Shown here: positions 1 to 13,969 of the stretch, piece by piece
How positions within the stretch are numbered: the stretch's first letter is position 1
How the letters are laid out: the number at the start of each line of letters is the position of its first letter
Source of the DNA: Botryllus schlosseri
Taxonomy: Eukaryota
Reading direction: 5' to 3'
Assembly: GCA_051294905.1 (NCBI GenBank)
Contig: CM119373.1
Coordinates: 3,596,001 to 3,660,000, forward strand
Length of the DNA: 64,000 nucleotides
Translations under genes and position numbers: made by a program
Notes under the pieces: model-generated
The model's database searches: none
The model's input: the letters and a program-made list of their open reading frames with translations, nothing else
Told to the model about the DNA's origin: nothing

Positions 1-365
1 GGATGCCCTATCTTCAAGGCAAATTTTTCGATGCGCAAGGAGTGTTTCGTTGCTATCAAAGCATTACGCCCCAACCCTGAAATTCATATCACCAGTTATA
101 TTGGTACGAAGCCTTGTCTTGGTAATGTTCAATTGTTCATGGTCGAAAATGTTTGCTCGTAAATATATAAGTACACCCGAACAGAACAAGTCGTTTCATG
201 ACAGTCCTTCTCAGGTTGGAAAACTTGGATCCATTCTTTGGCGCATAAAATTTGTAGATTAGATTAGATTAGGATTTCACTTTGACGGTAGAAACTCTCT
301 GCAAATCGATCAAAATGCCATCGCGGACCGAATCCGGCCTGTGGTCCGAATGTTGCCCGTCCCTG
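1..365 (-). mobile_element. Degenerate non-autonomous hAT element with transposase C-terminal remnant (SPIN/GTF2IRD2-like)
   Basis: Minus strand begins CAGGGACGGGCAAC (352-365), a hAT-type TIR followed by GGCC-rich subterminal motifs. About 95-190 reads, with indels, FGCTYI-YEQTFSTMN-ITKTRLRTNIT, resembling the hAT C-terminal FGSTYxCEQxFS motif. Confidence 0.6.
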
Positions 366-824
366 CGCTAGATGCTGGACGTGATATGTTCATAAAATAT
401 ATGTTTCTTCATTTTGTTGCCATAAATGTTGCGATCCCACCAAAAGTATCGTCGGAAGCGTCATGCGTTAATATTGCATCAGCCTCCATCTACCTTTGCG
501 GAAATGGTTTTTGGCACTCCTCGTTTCATATCAAAACAAAGACGCGGATTTTCAAGACACGACCACGTACTTCAAGAAACACAGCAGCAAAATTAGATTT
601 GAAATAACAAAAGTCTACCAATTTCTACATAAATAGTATGATGTTATTTTCAAGAAAAATCAATATTTTGCTGTTTATCACAAGCCTATAAAGTTCATAA
701 TTGCACAAAACAAATGAAGGTCGCACCATAATAGAGCTAAAATTGAACTAAATCTTGAGGGGGTCCGCGAGGGTCCGTGACGGTCAAAAGGGGTCCGCGA
801 AGCCAAAAAGGTTGAGAACCACTG
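366..824 (+). mobile_element. hAT (Buster/Charlie-like) 3' remnant
   Basis: About 470-600 translates ASIYLCGNGF..FHIKTKTR, like the Buster/ZBED5 TYLCExGFS..IKTKxR motif. The segment ends in the hAT TIR GGTTGAGAACCACTG at 824, preceded by GGGGTCCGCG repeats. Confidence 0.6.
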
Positions 825-954
825 CATTATGGCAATCGTGTTTGCATTTTATTTGATCAGCACTCAAAATGACTTGGAAGTCAGGTATTTCCACCATGAG
901 TGCAAAGATGATAAAACAGCCACTGTAATAAGTGTAGATTTTATGCTTTTCAAG

Positions 955-3178
955 GAGAATCTACTGTCAACATATCGACAACATCGGCACCTTTACCCAT
1001 GACGAAACCTACTGCCAACAGCATCAGCGATAACATCAGTGAGAATGACCTTTAAAGTGAAGGATAATTGTTTTCATAAGCATGAAATAGTCTTTTCTTT
1101 CAGTTCAACTTGAATATGTTTCATTCATTTCCTTCAAAAAATATACGTGCCTATATTTTTACTTCTAGACTCCATCACCTACCATTGAACCTTCTAATGT
1201 CATGAACGAAATATTGGTTTTAATTTTTATGAATTCTCATTCCAGCGAGGGAGTCTACCACTGCAGGCGGACATGCAATGAATACGACACGAAATCAAGC
1301 AGACGAGAGTTCTACTGAAGGTTAATTACAAGCTTACTTCCAGTACTCAGAAAACTATTAGTAATCTTAACGAGCGGGTGGTGTTGAACTGGTCCTTGAG
1401 AAACAAATTCCACGGAAATAGTCATAGCTAATATCTTTATTCAATATTTGAATAGTATACTTATATTGAAATGAACCCGGATATTTTCGGCTGACAGTCG
1501 ACAGGGATAATCGTGAGCAACTAGTAGAGAATTTGAAAGAACATTGTACATGAACAATCGTATCACAAAATATGACGTCACCAGCATGAAATTTGGAATG
1601 AGAGAGCGTTCAATGCACTATTTCCAAGTGGTACACGAACTCCTTCTGTGGACAGAGTTTTGGCCAGTGTATTCAATATTTGCGAGTTTTGATAAACAAA
1701 TTTCTGAATAACTACAAAATTTATTTGAATACTAAGTTTTCCTTGGAATAATTGGCATAGTGAAATCTAATTTCCGCTGCTTCTACTACAAGCATACACA
1801 CTATTATCTGTTTGCTCATGTTATCAGGTGCATTCACAACCATCGCGATCCATACTACTTTGCCAAATGCGAAGGAAAAAGATGTGAAAAAGATACCGCT
1901 AGGTAAGGTCTGGAGCAACGAAGCCTATTGCCATGCAGGCCATGGTTATTGAATTTTTACAAGTCATTGTAATGCTACATCGCTACTTTTCTCCATGTTG
2001 CATGCATTATTTCTCACACAAAAAAACAAGGCTCCCGCTAAATAGGACTAAATATGCTAAATTTAACCAATCGGCTACATGAAATAATGAAAGAAGTGAT
2101 GTGACCAAGCTTTAACATTATGTGCTAAATCCACCATGGAAAATAGCTTCGAATTCAGCACGCTTAGAGGTAGATAAAACATTGTCACTCGACTCCATTC
2201 CCAAATATATACCACAGAGAACGTTGGCAATCCATACTAAATTGAATAGTCATTGCGCTTATTGGTAACCACATTATTGCTACATCAGGTCTGCATTGTA
2301 TGGACAATTATTGTGATCATTATTCCAGTCATAAGTTATAAAAAAAATGGATATTCAGGCAGCAACTGACTGCCCGGTCATTTGTGGTGGAAATATTCCG
2401 TCATTAGTTTATATATTACACTGCGTTCATGAATCTCAAGTGAGCAAATGCCAATTGTGAAAAAAGATTTAAATTGTTTGCATATCCATTTATTTTTGAT
2501 TAAAATGCATTCTAAATGAGCCTATGCATGATTGATAACTAGTTGCATTAACTCTCAACAAGAAACTTCTACTTACAGTACATTGAGATTTACTTTGCAT
2601 TTCAGCTAGTAGCAGCTGGCCGCCGGAAGCTTGGAAGTACTTGCTACCAATAATATTGTTGACATTGCTGGCAATCATTGTGTGTATCGCATATTGGCTG
2701 TACAGGTATGAAGAAGATGTCTTTTGAAACTTTTAAGCTCAAGTATTGATGTTGAGATCCCTGGTAAATTTAAATGTAGGGCAAAAGAAGTCAACTATTA
2801 GTTTGCCTCTGATAAAAGCCCAGGGAATGATCGTTTATCAATTTGAAAACATTACTATACCAAAATGTAGTAAAATATATGAGCTTGGATTAGGATTTTG
2901 ATCAAACTTAGATTCACGATTTTCACAAAACTGTATGCAGGTTTGGACTCGGACATAGTATTTTTAATAAATTTCAATTGTCATATACCTGTAGACTGCA
3001 TCCTGGTCCTCACTGGACCTGAAGCTCACATCTTGAACTAAATTTGGATTCAAAAATCTAAAATCTCTTCATCGCTGGCATGATATAAGTCAAATACATT
3101 TTCTTTTGCAGCAAATCAAAATCTCCGTCCAGAAGAAAAGAAGGCAGAGACGAACATATTTCCACCATAGCGTTATGA
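955..3178 (+). CDS. Gene G0, 3' part only: Thr/Ser-rich stalk + TM + short tail; probable paralog of the CUB-mucin family
   Basis: Exons 955-1038, 1246-1320, 1828-1902 (all phase 1-1), TM exon 2606-2705 (EAWKYLLPIILLTLLAIIVCIAYWLY, phase 2) and last exon 3112-3178 (SKSKSPSRRKEGRDEHISTIAL*). All junctions are GT-AG and in frame. The TM aligns with gene A (QAWHIAVPIAILLL). 5' exons lie outside the window. Confidence 0.75.
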
Positions 3179-5970
3179 TATTTTCCGCAGCCGAAGCCAC
3201 AGTGCCAAATATCATTCATTGGAAAATATATGACTATTTGTAACGCTACTGCCAGCCATGAATATGGCAAACCGCACGGAAACACCAATTTGACAGAATT
3301 GTATATAAATTCCAAATTTACAGATTTGTTGTTGACTTTTAGTGGACATATTTTATAAAGTTGGGTTATACTGACAATTTGAAAATCAATAGAAAATTTT
3401 AACTATACGATACAAAGAGAATTGCACTGCCATCATATATATATATATATATATCGCGATCACTGATAATTTTTATGGGCGACATGAACCAAAGTCATCC
3501 AATAGGCTAGTTTACGCAAGACATTGTCAAAGAAGCAACGGAAAAACTATCAACCTTAATTCAGTTGGCCTAATTTCACACATATTGTCAAGTCATGGTA
3601 AATATTGTAACAGTAAGATTGTATGTCTTGTATATAAGGTTGTATGAGTCTTGATTAAATGAAAATGAGACATGTCATTATTAATACTGAATATCATCGC
3701 ACTATCGTCTGGACTGCAATGAAAACGCAGCTTGGAGTATGTTTATCATCGCAAATTCCGGATATCTATGCTCAAAATAAATAGGATTTGATAATGGAAT
3801 GCGTCTATGTGTGTTGTAGTTTTGTCTGGCCTGCAATTACAGCGCAGACATAGAAGAGTCTGAAATTGATAGAACGAGTTAGACATGTTTTGCCATCTGA
3901 TCAACAAATTCGGCAAGTGAGGTTTTCTTTAGTAGGAAGGGACATAACTTTCTTTGTCTGCATCAGTATAGTAGGCCTACTTAGAATATGAAGATGCCAA
4001 GGAACCGCAAACTTCTGGTGCTAGCATCACCATTTTTACAATGAACTGTCTCGTCACCCAGGGATTGAATTAATCTCCTACCGATCAAGAAGCTGAACAC
4101 TTTACAACAGTGTTATCTCTTCACTCTCAATTGATTTGTCTGCCTTGGAGTCGACTTCAAATACGCAAACCTAGTTTGTGCCAACAAAAGGAATTCGTGT
4201 ACCAACTAAAAATATTGCATAGAGTTTGAGCGATCTCATAGCCAGGATTATTCGAAATTTCACGCAGAAGAAGAAATGTATATGCAAGACAGGTAAATGT
4301 TGGAAATTTGACTATAAGATGAATCGATCCAGCAAAGGTTATGTCTATTAACGTTTTTCTAGGTATGACAACTGCAAGATAGCAACACAGCTATTGTCAA
4401 ACACCAGTTTACCGCCGTCGATCAATCAGGAAGTTATTGACACGGGCAAGGGAAATATCAGGTGGGAAAGAATATAAAAGATAAACCAGAGCAAAAATGT
4501 ATGTTATTAACGTCACGAATGCATTGCTATAGACGTCATTATACCAACGTTCATTTTTTCTCATATATCTGTGGTAAGATATATAACTAGATGAATCCAA
4601 ACTAGATGAAGCATTTTGCAGGAAAGCATGTCATGAATCGTTATATTAATTAAACTCTAGTTGCTAGTAGCGATATGATCATGATCATATAACCAATTAT
4701 TGGTAGAAAGCTCAATATGAATTGTAATGTGATAACAAGTGTGATCAATGATGCCTAATTGTAATAGTGTTACCAATGGATATTCTGATTATAATTGATT
4801 AAACAACAAAATAATATGCGACAGGAAACAATGATCATGTAACGAGCAGTTAGTACCCGATACAGGTTAAAAAGATAACGCTAGCAATGCCGTAGCGTCA
4901 TGTTAATAGAGGATGTCCGATTATATCTATTATTATCCATCATAAGGTAAAAGTAGATAGCCAAAATGGGACATGATGTACCGTTGCATCTATTGGATAA
5001 CAACTGATTCACAATTAGGAATGATTTCAGTTGGTTAAGCTTATTCAATTATGCAAAGCGTATGACATTCTAATCAATCAAGGGTTCATTGATAGCTGTT
5101 ACGTTACTGCAGAATACCACACAGGGTGTTACGTTACTGCAGAATACCACACAGCGTGACTCCCAAGTGCCAATAGACAAAATTCCTTGAATTGCTAGAA
5201 TTATTGTAAGTATACAGAATCCAAAGATATCGTGTATCACGAGGCGAGGATTTTATTAGAATGCGAGAATCCCGGGATGTAGTCTAATGCCCCAGCGCCA
5301 GCTGCAGAGTTTCTTATTTATGTTAACTTTTTTCATGTAATTATTCTTATTATTTCAGTACGATACTATGATCAAAGAATGCAATGACTTAAATATAAGG
5401 CAGTGGATAAATAATATTCATACTTAATAGTATTGCATTATGTCTGCACCCTGAACACCATGGTTTTCAAAATGAGGATATCCGAGTGCAAAAATTATGT
5501 AGAGTCGCTTATTTAATATTAGCTGGCATTGTCAAAACGTGAATTTACCCCAGCACCATCACCATCATCGCATGAAGTTAGCTGGAATATCTGCTAGTAA
5601 CATGCTCCACAAGAAAAACAGGAAATCACTGGGGCACGAACAGTAATCGTTGGCTGGAACTATGTGTATGTGTCTAAATGACCAAAACTCCGAAACCGTT
5701 TAATATTTCAACAGAGACCCTATGTAAAAAAGTATGCCGGAATTGGTTTATTAGTGTCCGTCACGTTCATTGAATTCTGAAACGTGATAGTTTTAAAGAC
5801 TCTGCTGTCACGATCATAGCATTCAGTAAATAAGATTGGTTTGAGGAGTGACAGAGCTCAATAGTACTATCCACATGGTAAACGAGGTTAGTTCTTCGGC
5901 ATTAACTGACATTCTTTCTGTGGCAGATTTTACTAAAACATATTGAAAGCTGAATAATCCAGTACAAAGG

Positions 5971-8900
5971 ATGGTGAGCATTAAAGGAGTTCAAAGATGC
6001 ACGCTGATAATATTTCTTACATCTGCTTTCCTAAACACAGGTAAGTCCATATTTTCAACAATTTTGTTCTAGGGGAAAAGAATCCTGCTAATCAGCACAA
6101 CTATGGCTCACCACCGTGTACCTAAAGCCATAAAATAACATAGACCATTTTGTAGACAAACTGTATCCGTAAGACATTATTTATTATACCAGAGATTACT
6201 GCAGGTCCTAGATGATGTCTGTTTTGTTAACCATTTATTAGTCATCTGGCAATATTTTGGGGATAATCCTAACCTTCAGAGAAACCTTTCGTATGGCCTA
6301 AATAAAATCTTGCCACACAGCATCAACCAAAGACATCCTGACTTCAAAATGTGATGGCGTGACGGAGTCAAGGAATGGAGACTTCGGATTGATGGACGTC
6401 GCAAACAACATGGACCCGAATTGCGAGTTTCACATGTCAACCCTCGCCAGCTTGAGAAGAGACCTACTTTTATTTGACACTGCCAGAATGAATTGCACAG
6501 GAAATGGAGTAGTTACCTTCCCAACAGGACGTAAGTCGATATATATCATACTTCTAATGGAGTCAAGGTAACTGGTGGCCTATAATTTTCACGAGACCGC
6601 AAGAAATGAAAATCCACAATAACCTTCGAATCATTCAATTCTCATGAAATACAAAAACATACCTTATGATTCAACACTAATAACTACACGAAATGGAATC
6701 GATCACTGATAACGATCGGGAACAATATGGTCCAACAAAACACGCTCCAAGAACTTATCTCTAGAAGCAATAATGTAATATCTGTTGAATGTTTGCGGAA
6801 AATATGTCTACGACTGATGTCAATTGGAATAATGATATATCAGCGTGTGTATAAAGGTATCTTTGATGTAGCCGAAGAGACAGAAATTATGTTGGTACGA
6901 CAGATGTGAAGTAAAAGTGATAGGCAATCAAACAACATAGAGCACCGATGATGATATATTGATATATTATGTAATATATACTTTGAAGGTGTCTGATGAT
7001 TTCATGGCAATTATTAAGCCCCATTTCAGAATGACAATCAACCATATTATTATCAATTCTAGAAGTAGGGGAATTTGGAGTGTATTAGAGATTATCTCTG
7101 ATCAAGATGCATTTTTGTTGGATATTCTCAAGTACTTGCATAACTTTTGTGTAATGCAAGCAAATCCGTTCACAAATTCCATCTATACACGATGCCTTGT
7201 GAATATTATAACATGAAATAGGTAATCCAGAACGGTCAAACTTATTGCGTGACAAATTTAGGTGGGCAAAAGAACTACTGCAATCAGGACAAATGCCTGG
7301 TGTTCAAGAGAAGAAGGAATAAATACACGAATGAAGATATATTGGCGACAGTCCGAGATGTGTTTCCAACATGCATCGAGTACGATATCCGAAGAAAGCC
7401 AATCCCTAAGAGAATAATTGCAACACCGGAGACAAAGTCATTCACGCTGAGATACAAGGTTTTGGAAATGGTGATATCCACAACACATGCTTCACAAGAT
7501 ACCACAGCTTCTAGCGTCACGGACCATTTGTCTGCAACAGGTAACGAAACTTGATCATTTTAATGCTACCGACTACATGTCCGTCATAGAACAATCCAGA
7601 TTCAATCTTCTAGAAAAGAGATGCTAATTAGACCTATTCATTGATCCGTGACCAAAGGTTGGGATGAATTATTGTTCAACTGACTTGCGTCAGAATAATT
7701 GATCACTGACTAATGACGCATTTGACGCATGCCGCTACGACGCACATGATATCAAATCATGACATACCAACGGTTAAATTACAGTTCATTTATAATAAAC
7801 TGGATGTAATGACTGCATTTAATACGTGAACTGCAGACATCCAGCGATTGTAAATGCTTGTTATAGAAAATAATTCAAATTAAGGTGGTCAGAAATGATT
7901 TGCCATTATATGCTATAGCATTCCATAATATAACAATGTTTTGGCAATGTGGTTTTATACTGTTAGGAGCTTGACGACCCACCACAATATATATATATCA
8001 ATGTTAGCATTAGAAAATTGTGGATTTCCCTCAACGTTATTACTATTCAATGAATGCTGTGTTCTTGACTGATTCATGTATTGCATATTTTAGTCTTTAT
8101 CCAGATACTTTACCGAACTAACCACGGTCTTGTCTCTATTTATTTCAGATCAGCAGTCAGAATTACATACAACGGCTAATGCTATTGAAAGTGCAACATT
8201 ACTAGACACCACTGTCTCAGATAAAGATTCATGTAAGTTAGTATATATAAGGTAGATATTATTTAGTTATCATGTATGAACTCTGCAGTAATCTCAATAA
8301 CATCAACTAAATATCAGATTCAAAACAATTCGGATTAAAACCAATATGGTGAAGTTTGCTGTGGTACAACATGTCATAACTGCCTTTAAACCAACAGCGT
8401 TTAGGTAATACGGATTTATACTTGAGGATCCATCAGTATAAACTATGTTGGTTGCATTTGAAACAGTTTGAATTACTATTTGCAGTATTGCTGTCAATGT
8501 GTTGCCCTTGGCAGTGCTTATTGTATCGGTAAACATTTAGTTTTCACCCTGATACTGCAGTATGCTAGGTATTGACGTCTCTAAATTGACTTCAGATCAG
8601 AAGTTACGACTACATACAACATCGGCCGCTACTACAAGTTCACTAGTGCCAGACACCACTGCTTCATCAAAAGATTTAAGTGAGTACACATACAAATTTA
8701 TAATTTACAATAAACTGGGTCATAACCTCAAAAACATCAACTACAATGCAAGTTAGTTAGCATTCGGGATGTTCAAAATGAATCACTGTCTTTTCACGCC
8801 ACATGATTCGAATCCTGTCAAGTTTAATCAATCATAACAGTCATATTATGCATAAGGTAAACAGTGCTTTAAATCAGAAAAGCAGTTTTGTTAGTCCGCT

Positions 8901-10573
8901 CACTATAGAAGTGATATAAAACTGTTAGCTGACAAGACAGAGTAATGGTGGAGTGTCCGGCCTTTTGGTCGGTAGGTTGTGGGTTTAATCTCTGGTCGGG
9001 TCAGACGAAAGACCTGGTTAGTAACATTGGCATCCATGACTTCCCCACTTGGCGCTGACCAGTACCGGGATAGCATGGCGGGTTGGTGCAAGACTTAGAA
9101 AGCCGTACAAGGCTATACCTGCACCTTCCTTGTCCAGCGGCATATCATGCACTCACAGAATGCATATGCACAAATTGGGTGTATGCATATCATGAGTCAG
9201 TGTGCCGCAAAAACATCAAGGACAAAAATATACTGCGTCCTATTCCTACACATACAATATATCAATATTTCAGTCGGAACACCTACATCTGTCCAGACAA
9301 AACCTACTCCAACCAAAGAAACGAAAATTGAGACATCCAAGATCGTGCTACCTGAGGCAACAACAAGTATGCATGATATTCATTTATGATCAATATAATA
9401 ATGATCAATCACCATGGATTGCGAAAATCCCTGGAGAATATCATAATATAGACTACCATTTTTTCGTTGCATAACTCAATGCTTATATCACAGTGGATCA
9501 GCAATATCCAACAACCAGACAAAGACAACAAACAGTAATTGCAGGAACTTTCGGGGATACAGCTCTAACTGAAGAGTGGACAAGTAGGTCTTGCTATATC
9601 ACTATATACTATCTTGGTTAATCGGCATTATACATGCACATAATATATATATATACCGTGTATACTTTTAAGTGGAGTTTGGACTTCCATCCACACTCAC
9701 TAGGAATCAAAAGAAAATTGCCCAGAAGCACACATCTGCACATACGTGCACTTTTCAGTTTTATGTGATCCATAAAGTCGTGTTACTGACATTATACTAT
9801 ACTGTACGTACGAGGGTCATAACTAAAATGCAATTCCACGTGCAATAGGTTCAAAAGCAACGCACAACTATGAACCAACGACTGAAGGAATCACATCAAA
9901 TCGAAACGAGGACGCTGGGATTAATCACACATCTGGCATTTTCAATAACGGCGTAGCAGGTATGGCTTTATATTCAGTTACGACAAGGGTATACAAGCTT
10001 AGCATTGATTTAGTGGATTTAGGGATAGATCTTGGTTGCGACTATCAACCTTGAGTTTTAATTTAATACAATTTATCACTTTATAAGTAGATGAATGCAC
10101 AATTATTGTACCATTTCCGTTTTCATTACCGCCAAATACTTCATTAACAGGCCTGCGGACTGTATAACTAGCCTGTCTCTTGGCTTGCTACTAGCTCCGT
10201 CATAAATATTAAATTACACAATGTCCAAAATGCTTTACAGGTCTTGGAGCGGCCAGAAATAAGAGCGACCAAGTTCAAGCATGGCATATAGCTGTCCCGA
10301 TTGCTATACTCCTGTTGATAGCAGCCGTTATCGTGATGATTTTGATATTCAAAAGGTAAGATTACAGTATATTTGCTGTCATTGCTTCAATCAATCTATG
10401 ACTGAAAGCTATTTTTATGTGATTGAATACTTCGTGGATGAAGGCACAATTTTAATTGCTATAGAACTGAAAAATTATGTAAAAAATTCATTCATATTTT
10501 TTAAATCTTCAGCAAGGACAAGAAAAAAGATCCAGAGCACACAGCCGCAAAGTCTGTTCCCGCACAAGCGTAG
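5971..10573 (+). CDS. Gene A: type-I membrane protein, CUB-like domain + mucin stalk + TM (398 aa predicted)
   Basis: 10 exons: 5971-6040 (signal MVSIKGVQRCTLIIFLTSAFLNT), 6321-6530, 7262-7540 (CUB-like), 8149-8232, 8596-8679, 9274-9366, 9494-9583, 9849-9959 (stalk), 10241-10355 (TM WHIAVPIAILLLIAAVIVMILIF), 10513-10573. Total 1197 nt, open frame, all GT-AG. Confidence 0.88.
8930..9252 (+). mobile_element. tRNA-derived SINE (family 1) in an intron of gene A
   Basis: Degenerate A/B-box head, then GGTCAGACGAAAGAC...CTTCCCCACTTGGCGCT core. A homologous copy lies at 18165-19322. Confidence 0.7.
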
Positions 10574-13500
10574 AGAGACAGATTACAAAAGGCAGAGATG
10601 CTGATACTGGTCACTGATCCGATTTCAAGATGGAAGTGGGTTAAAAGACATCAGTAATTTACAGAAGCTGAAGACGCAAGTTTTACACGCAAGCCATCGG
10701 TCTGACCCGGTCGGCCCACAGCCAATCAAGAAGCCGGATGATCTACCACTATGCAATCTTTTTTATCAAAACGTACTGGTTCACAAACAATTGGGAACTA
10801 TTATATTTTTGCCATGCTTCTTCATGGCTACTGTACATCTAAAATTAATAGTTTGTAGAGTATGCTGGACAGTGGAAATTTTGATGCTTGCATTTTTAAT
10901 GAAATTTCATTAACTTTCTCGGTCAAACTTCTACTGTGTCTCATTTTCGGAAAATCTATATTAGTATCAATATATTTCGAGTCGTCGGGAGAGGTGATTT
11001 ACATTTTCATTTGTGTGCCTTGGCGTCAACATTTACCGAAATTAGTCAGCCTAGTTTGTGCAAACAGGGAGTTCCTGTATTATCAAAAAATCTACATTTA
11101 GCTTAAAGCGGTCTCTTTGCCTCGAATATTCGAAATTTCATGCCGGTGTCGGCGTATTTAGTGATATGATTGTTGATCTACAATGTTTTTTTCAATTCTC
11201 TAGCTGTACCTGCAAGTCTCTTCCAATATATATTAATATATATATATATGATGAATGGAATTATTACATGGGTGTACCTTATAATGGACTATATATATTG
11301 ATACACAATCTGACAGGAAGCAATCCTATGCTACAGAATGCGTAGATTTAAAACTTAATTCGAGGGGCTGGAAAGAGAAAATAAAAGCTTTGACGCTGAA
11401 CTGGAAGGATGTTTCCATCATAAAAAAGCAATTTCCTTAATATGGAATTGTAACGTGATAACAAGTAAACTGTGTGATCAATGATCCTTAATTATAATAC
11501 TGTTAGCCATGCATTTCCTGATCATAACAAAAAAGCATTTTGTCATTTTGCAAATTTGTCATTTTCTCTAGCTATAATCTAACCAGAAAATATATGCTGA
11601 GCTTTGATGGGCGCAGTAGATATTTAACCTATTGTACCCGTATGCATCAATTATGAATCAGAATGGATGAGAGATGCAGCAAAGTTGATAATATTTGGAA
11701 GAAGATTTCGGCATACTTTTAGATAATCGAATTATGAGTAATATGTGACAGGAAACAATGATCATGTACCGAGCAGTTAGTACCCAATAAAGGTTCAAAA
11801 TATAACACTGGCAATGACGCACAGTCGCGATAATAGAGGTCTTCTGATTATATCTATTATTTTCCATCACAATGTAAAAGTATATAGCCAAAATGGGTCA
11901 TGATGCACCATTGCATCTGTTGTGTCAACAATGATTGACCAATGAGAGTGATTCCAGTTGGATGACCTTATTCAATTGTGCAAAGTGCAGTTCTTTCAAA
12001 TCAATGCAGGGTTGGGTGATAGCTTGCTACGTTACTACAGAATAGACATAATATCTGAAGTGGTTACAATTTAAGCATGACAAATATGCTTTATTAAGAT
12101 GGCATAATGATATCATTAAAGTCAACCAACAAATATTTTATCACAGAGTAGTAAGATATGGAATCCTACTTCCTGTTTTCCTATTTCGTTTTGTGAACGT
12201 CAATTTATAATTCCATACTAGAGTTGACTACAGTGGCAGAATTACAAGCTAATAACTTTCATACCTTGTATGGCTGTCCAGTGAAAGGCCCAATATGTCG
12301 GACAAATTGATTTAAAAAATAATTCGTCATTATTACCGCCGTATAATTTCTACGAGCATTCACTGTAATTTGATAACATCGGAACGAATTAGAGAGATAA
12401 CATGAATTATTACGAAAAACTTATACAAGAAAAGCCCGAGCAGACTTATTGTCTGCACCAAAGATATCATGGCGTGAATTTTGTTAAAATGGTAGAATTA
12501 TGGGTTGTCATGATGTATAGCTACGCAAGCGCCAGCTGAAGTGTTTCATAATTTCGTTAACATGTTTCTCCGTGCAATAAATCTTATTATTTCAGCACTA
12601 TAGTATGATCAAGAAATGCAATGACTTCAATATTCAGCAATGGAAAAACCATTCATACATAATAGTGTTGCTATCTGTCTGCACCTTGAACACAGTGGTT
12701 TGAATAATGAGGATATCCGAGTGCAAATATCACGTAGGTTCTCTTGTTCAATATTAGCTGGCATTGTCACAATGCGAATTTAACCAAGCACCATCACCAT
12801 CATCGCATGAAATTAGCTGGAATACCTGCTAGCAACATGTTCCACCAGACAGACAGGAAATCACTTGGGCACGAACAGGAGTCGTCCAATGGAAACAGCA
12901 GAATTGGCTGAAAATGTGTGTATGTGTCACAATGCCAAAAAATCCGAAACCATATACTATTTTAATCAAGTAACATGTACTAAAGTATGACTGAGTCGGC
13001 TCATATGTGTCTGTCACGATCATAGCATCCTGAAACGTGATAGTTTTGAGTAAACACTCTGATGTCACGATCATAGCATTCAGTAAACATGATAGTTTTG
13101 AGGAGAGACAAAGTTCAACAGTACTACCTACAAGTTAATCGAGGCAAGGTCTTCGGCATTAACAGATATTCATTCTGTAGCAGATTTTAGTAAAATACAT
13201 TGAAACTTGAAAAATTCATTACAAAGGATGGTGGGCATTAAAGAATTTCGAAGATGCTATCTGACAATATTTCTTACATCTGCTTTCCTAGGAACAGGTA
13301 AGTCGATATTTTCACTCAATTTGTTATAGGGAGGAAGATCTTGCTAATCAGCACAACTATGGCTCTCCACTGTGAACCTATAGCCATATCATTCGGACAT
13401 TATAGGTGATACCACAGACCTTTTTCAAGTCAAAGGTAATATTTCAGAATTCCTAAACATTTATTAGTCACCTGGCAATATTCTGGGGATAATACTAATC

Positions 13501-13969
13501 TTCAGAGATGCCTTATAACATGACATAAATAAAATCTTGCCACACAGTATCAACCAAGGACATCCTGACTTCAAAATGCGACGGTGTTGCGGAATCAAGG
13601 AATGGAGACTTTGGATTGATGAATGTCACAAACAACACAAATTCGACTTGCGTATTTAAAATGTCGAGACTCGCCAGCTTGAAAAGAGACTTATTTTTAT
13701 TTGACACCGCCAGAATGAATTGTACAGGAAATGGAGCAGTTGAGTTCCCAACAGGACGTAAGTCGATATATGCTTGTAATGGAGTCTAGAAGGTACCTAT
13801 AATAACTAAAACCATTATATCTTCTTGTAAGGTACTGCTACTTTATACGAAAACATTCTTTATCATTTAACACTAATAATTACATTGGTTCCTTGTGATA
13901 CAGAATTTGAATATTGCAACGAGCAACACATTCATATTCGCAATTTAATCGCTCTAAGCGCAAAACTAA

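Noticed and set aside
5099-5158. 30-bp perfect tandem duplication upstream of A, and (AT)n microsatellites (e.g. ~3433-3454)
   Set aside because: Ordinary slippage products; single copy in the B paralog and no functional clue.
5200-5760. Hydrophobic minus-strand frames upstream of A, B, D and F that vaguely recall GPCR or DC-STAMP motifs
   Set aside because: Multiple stops in all frames, motif order inconsistent with either family, and the motif-like words are not conserved between the A and B copies. A tblastx search would be needed to revive this.
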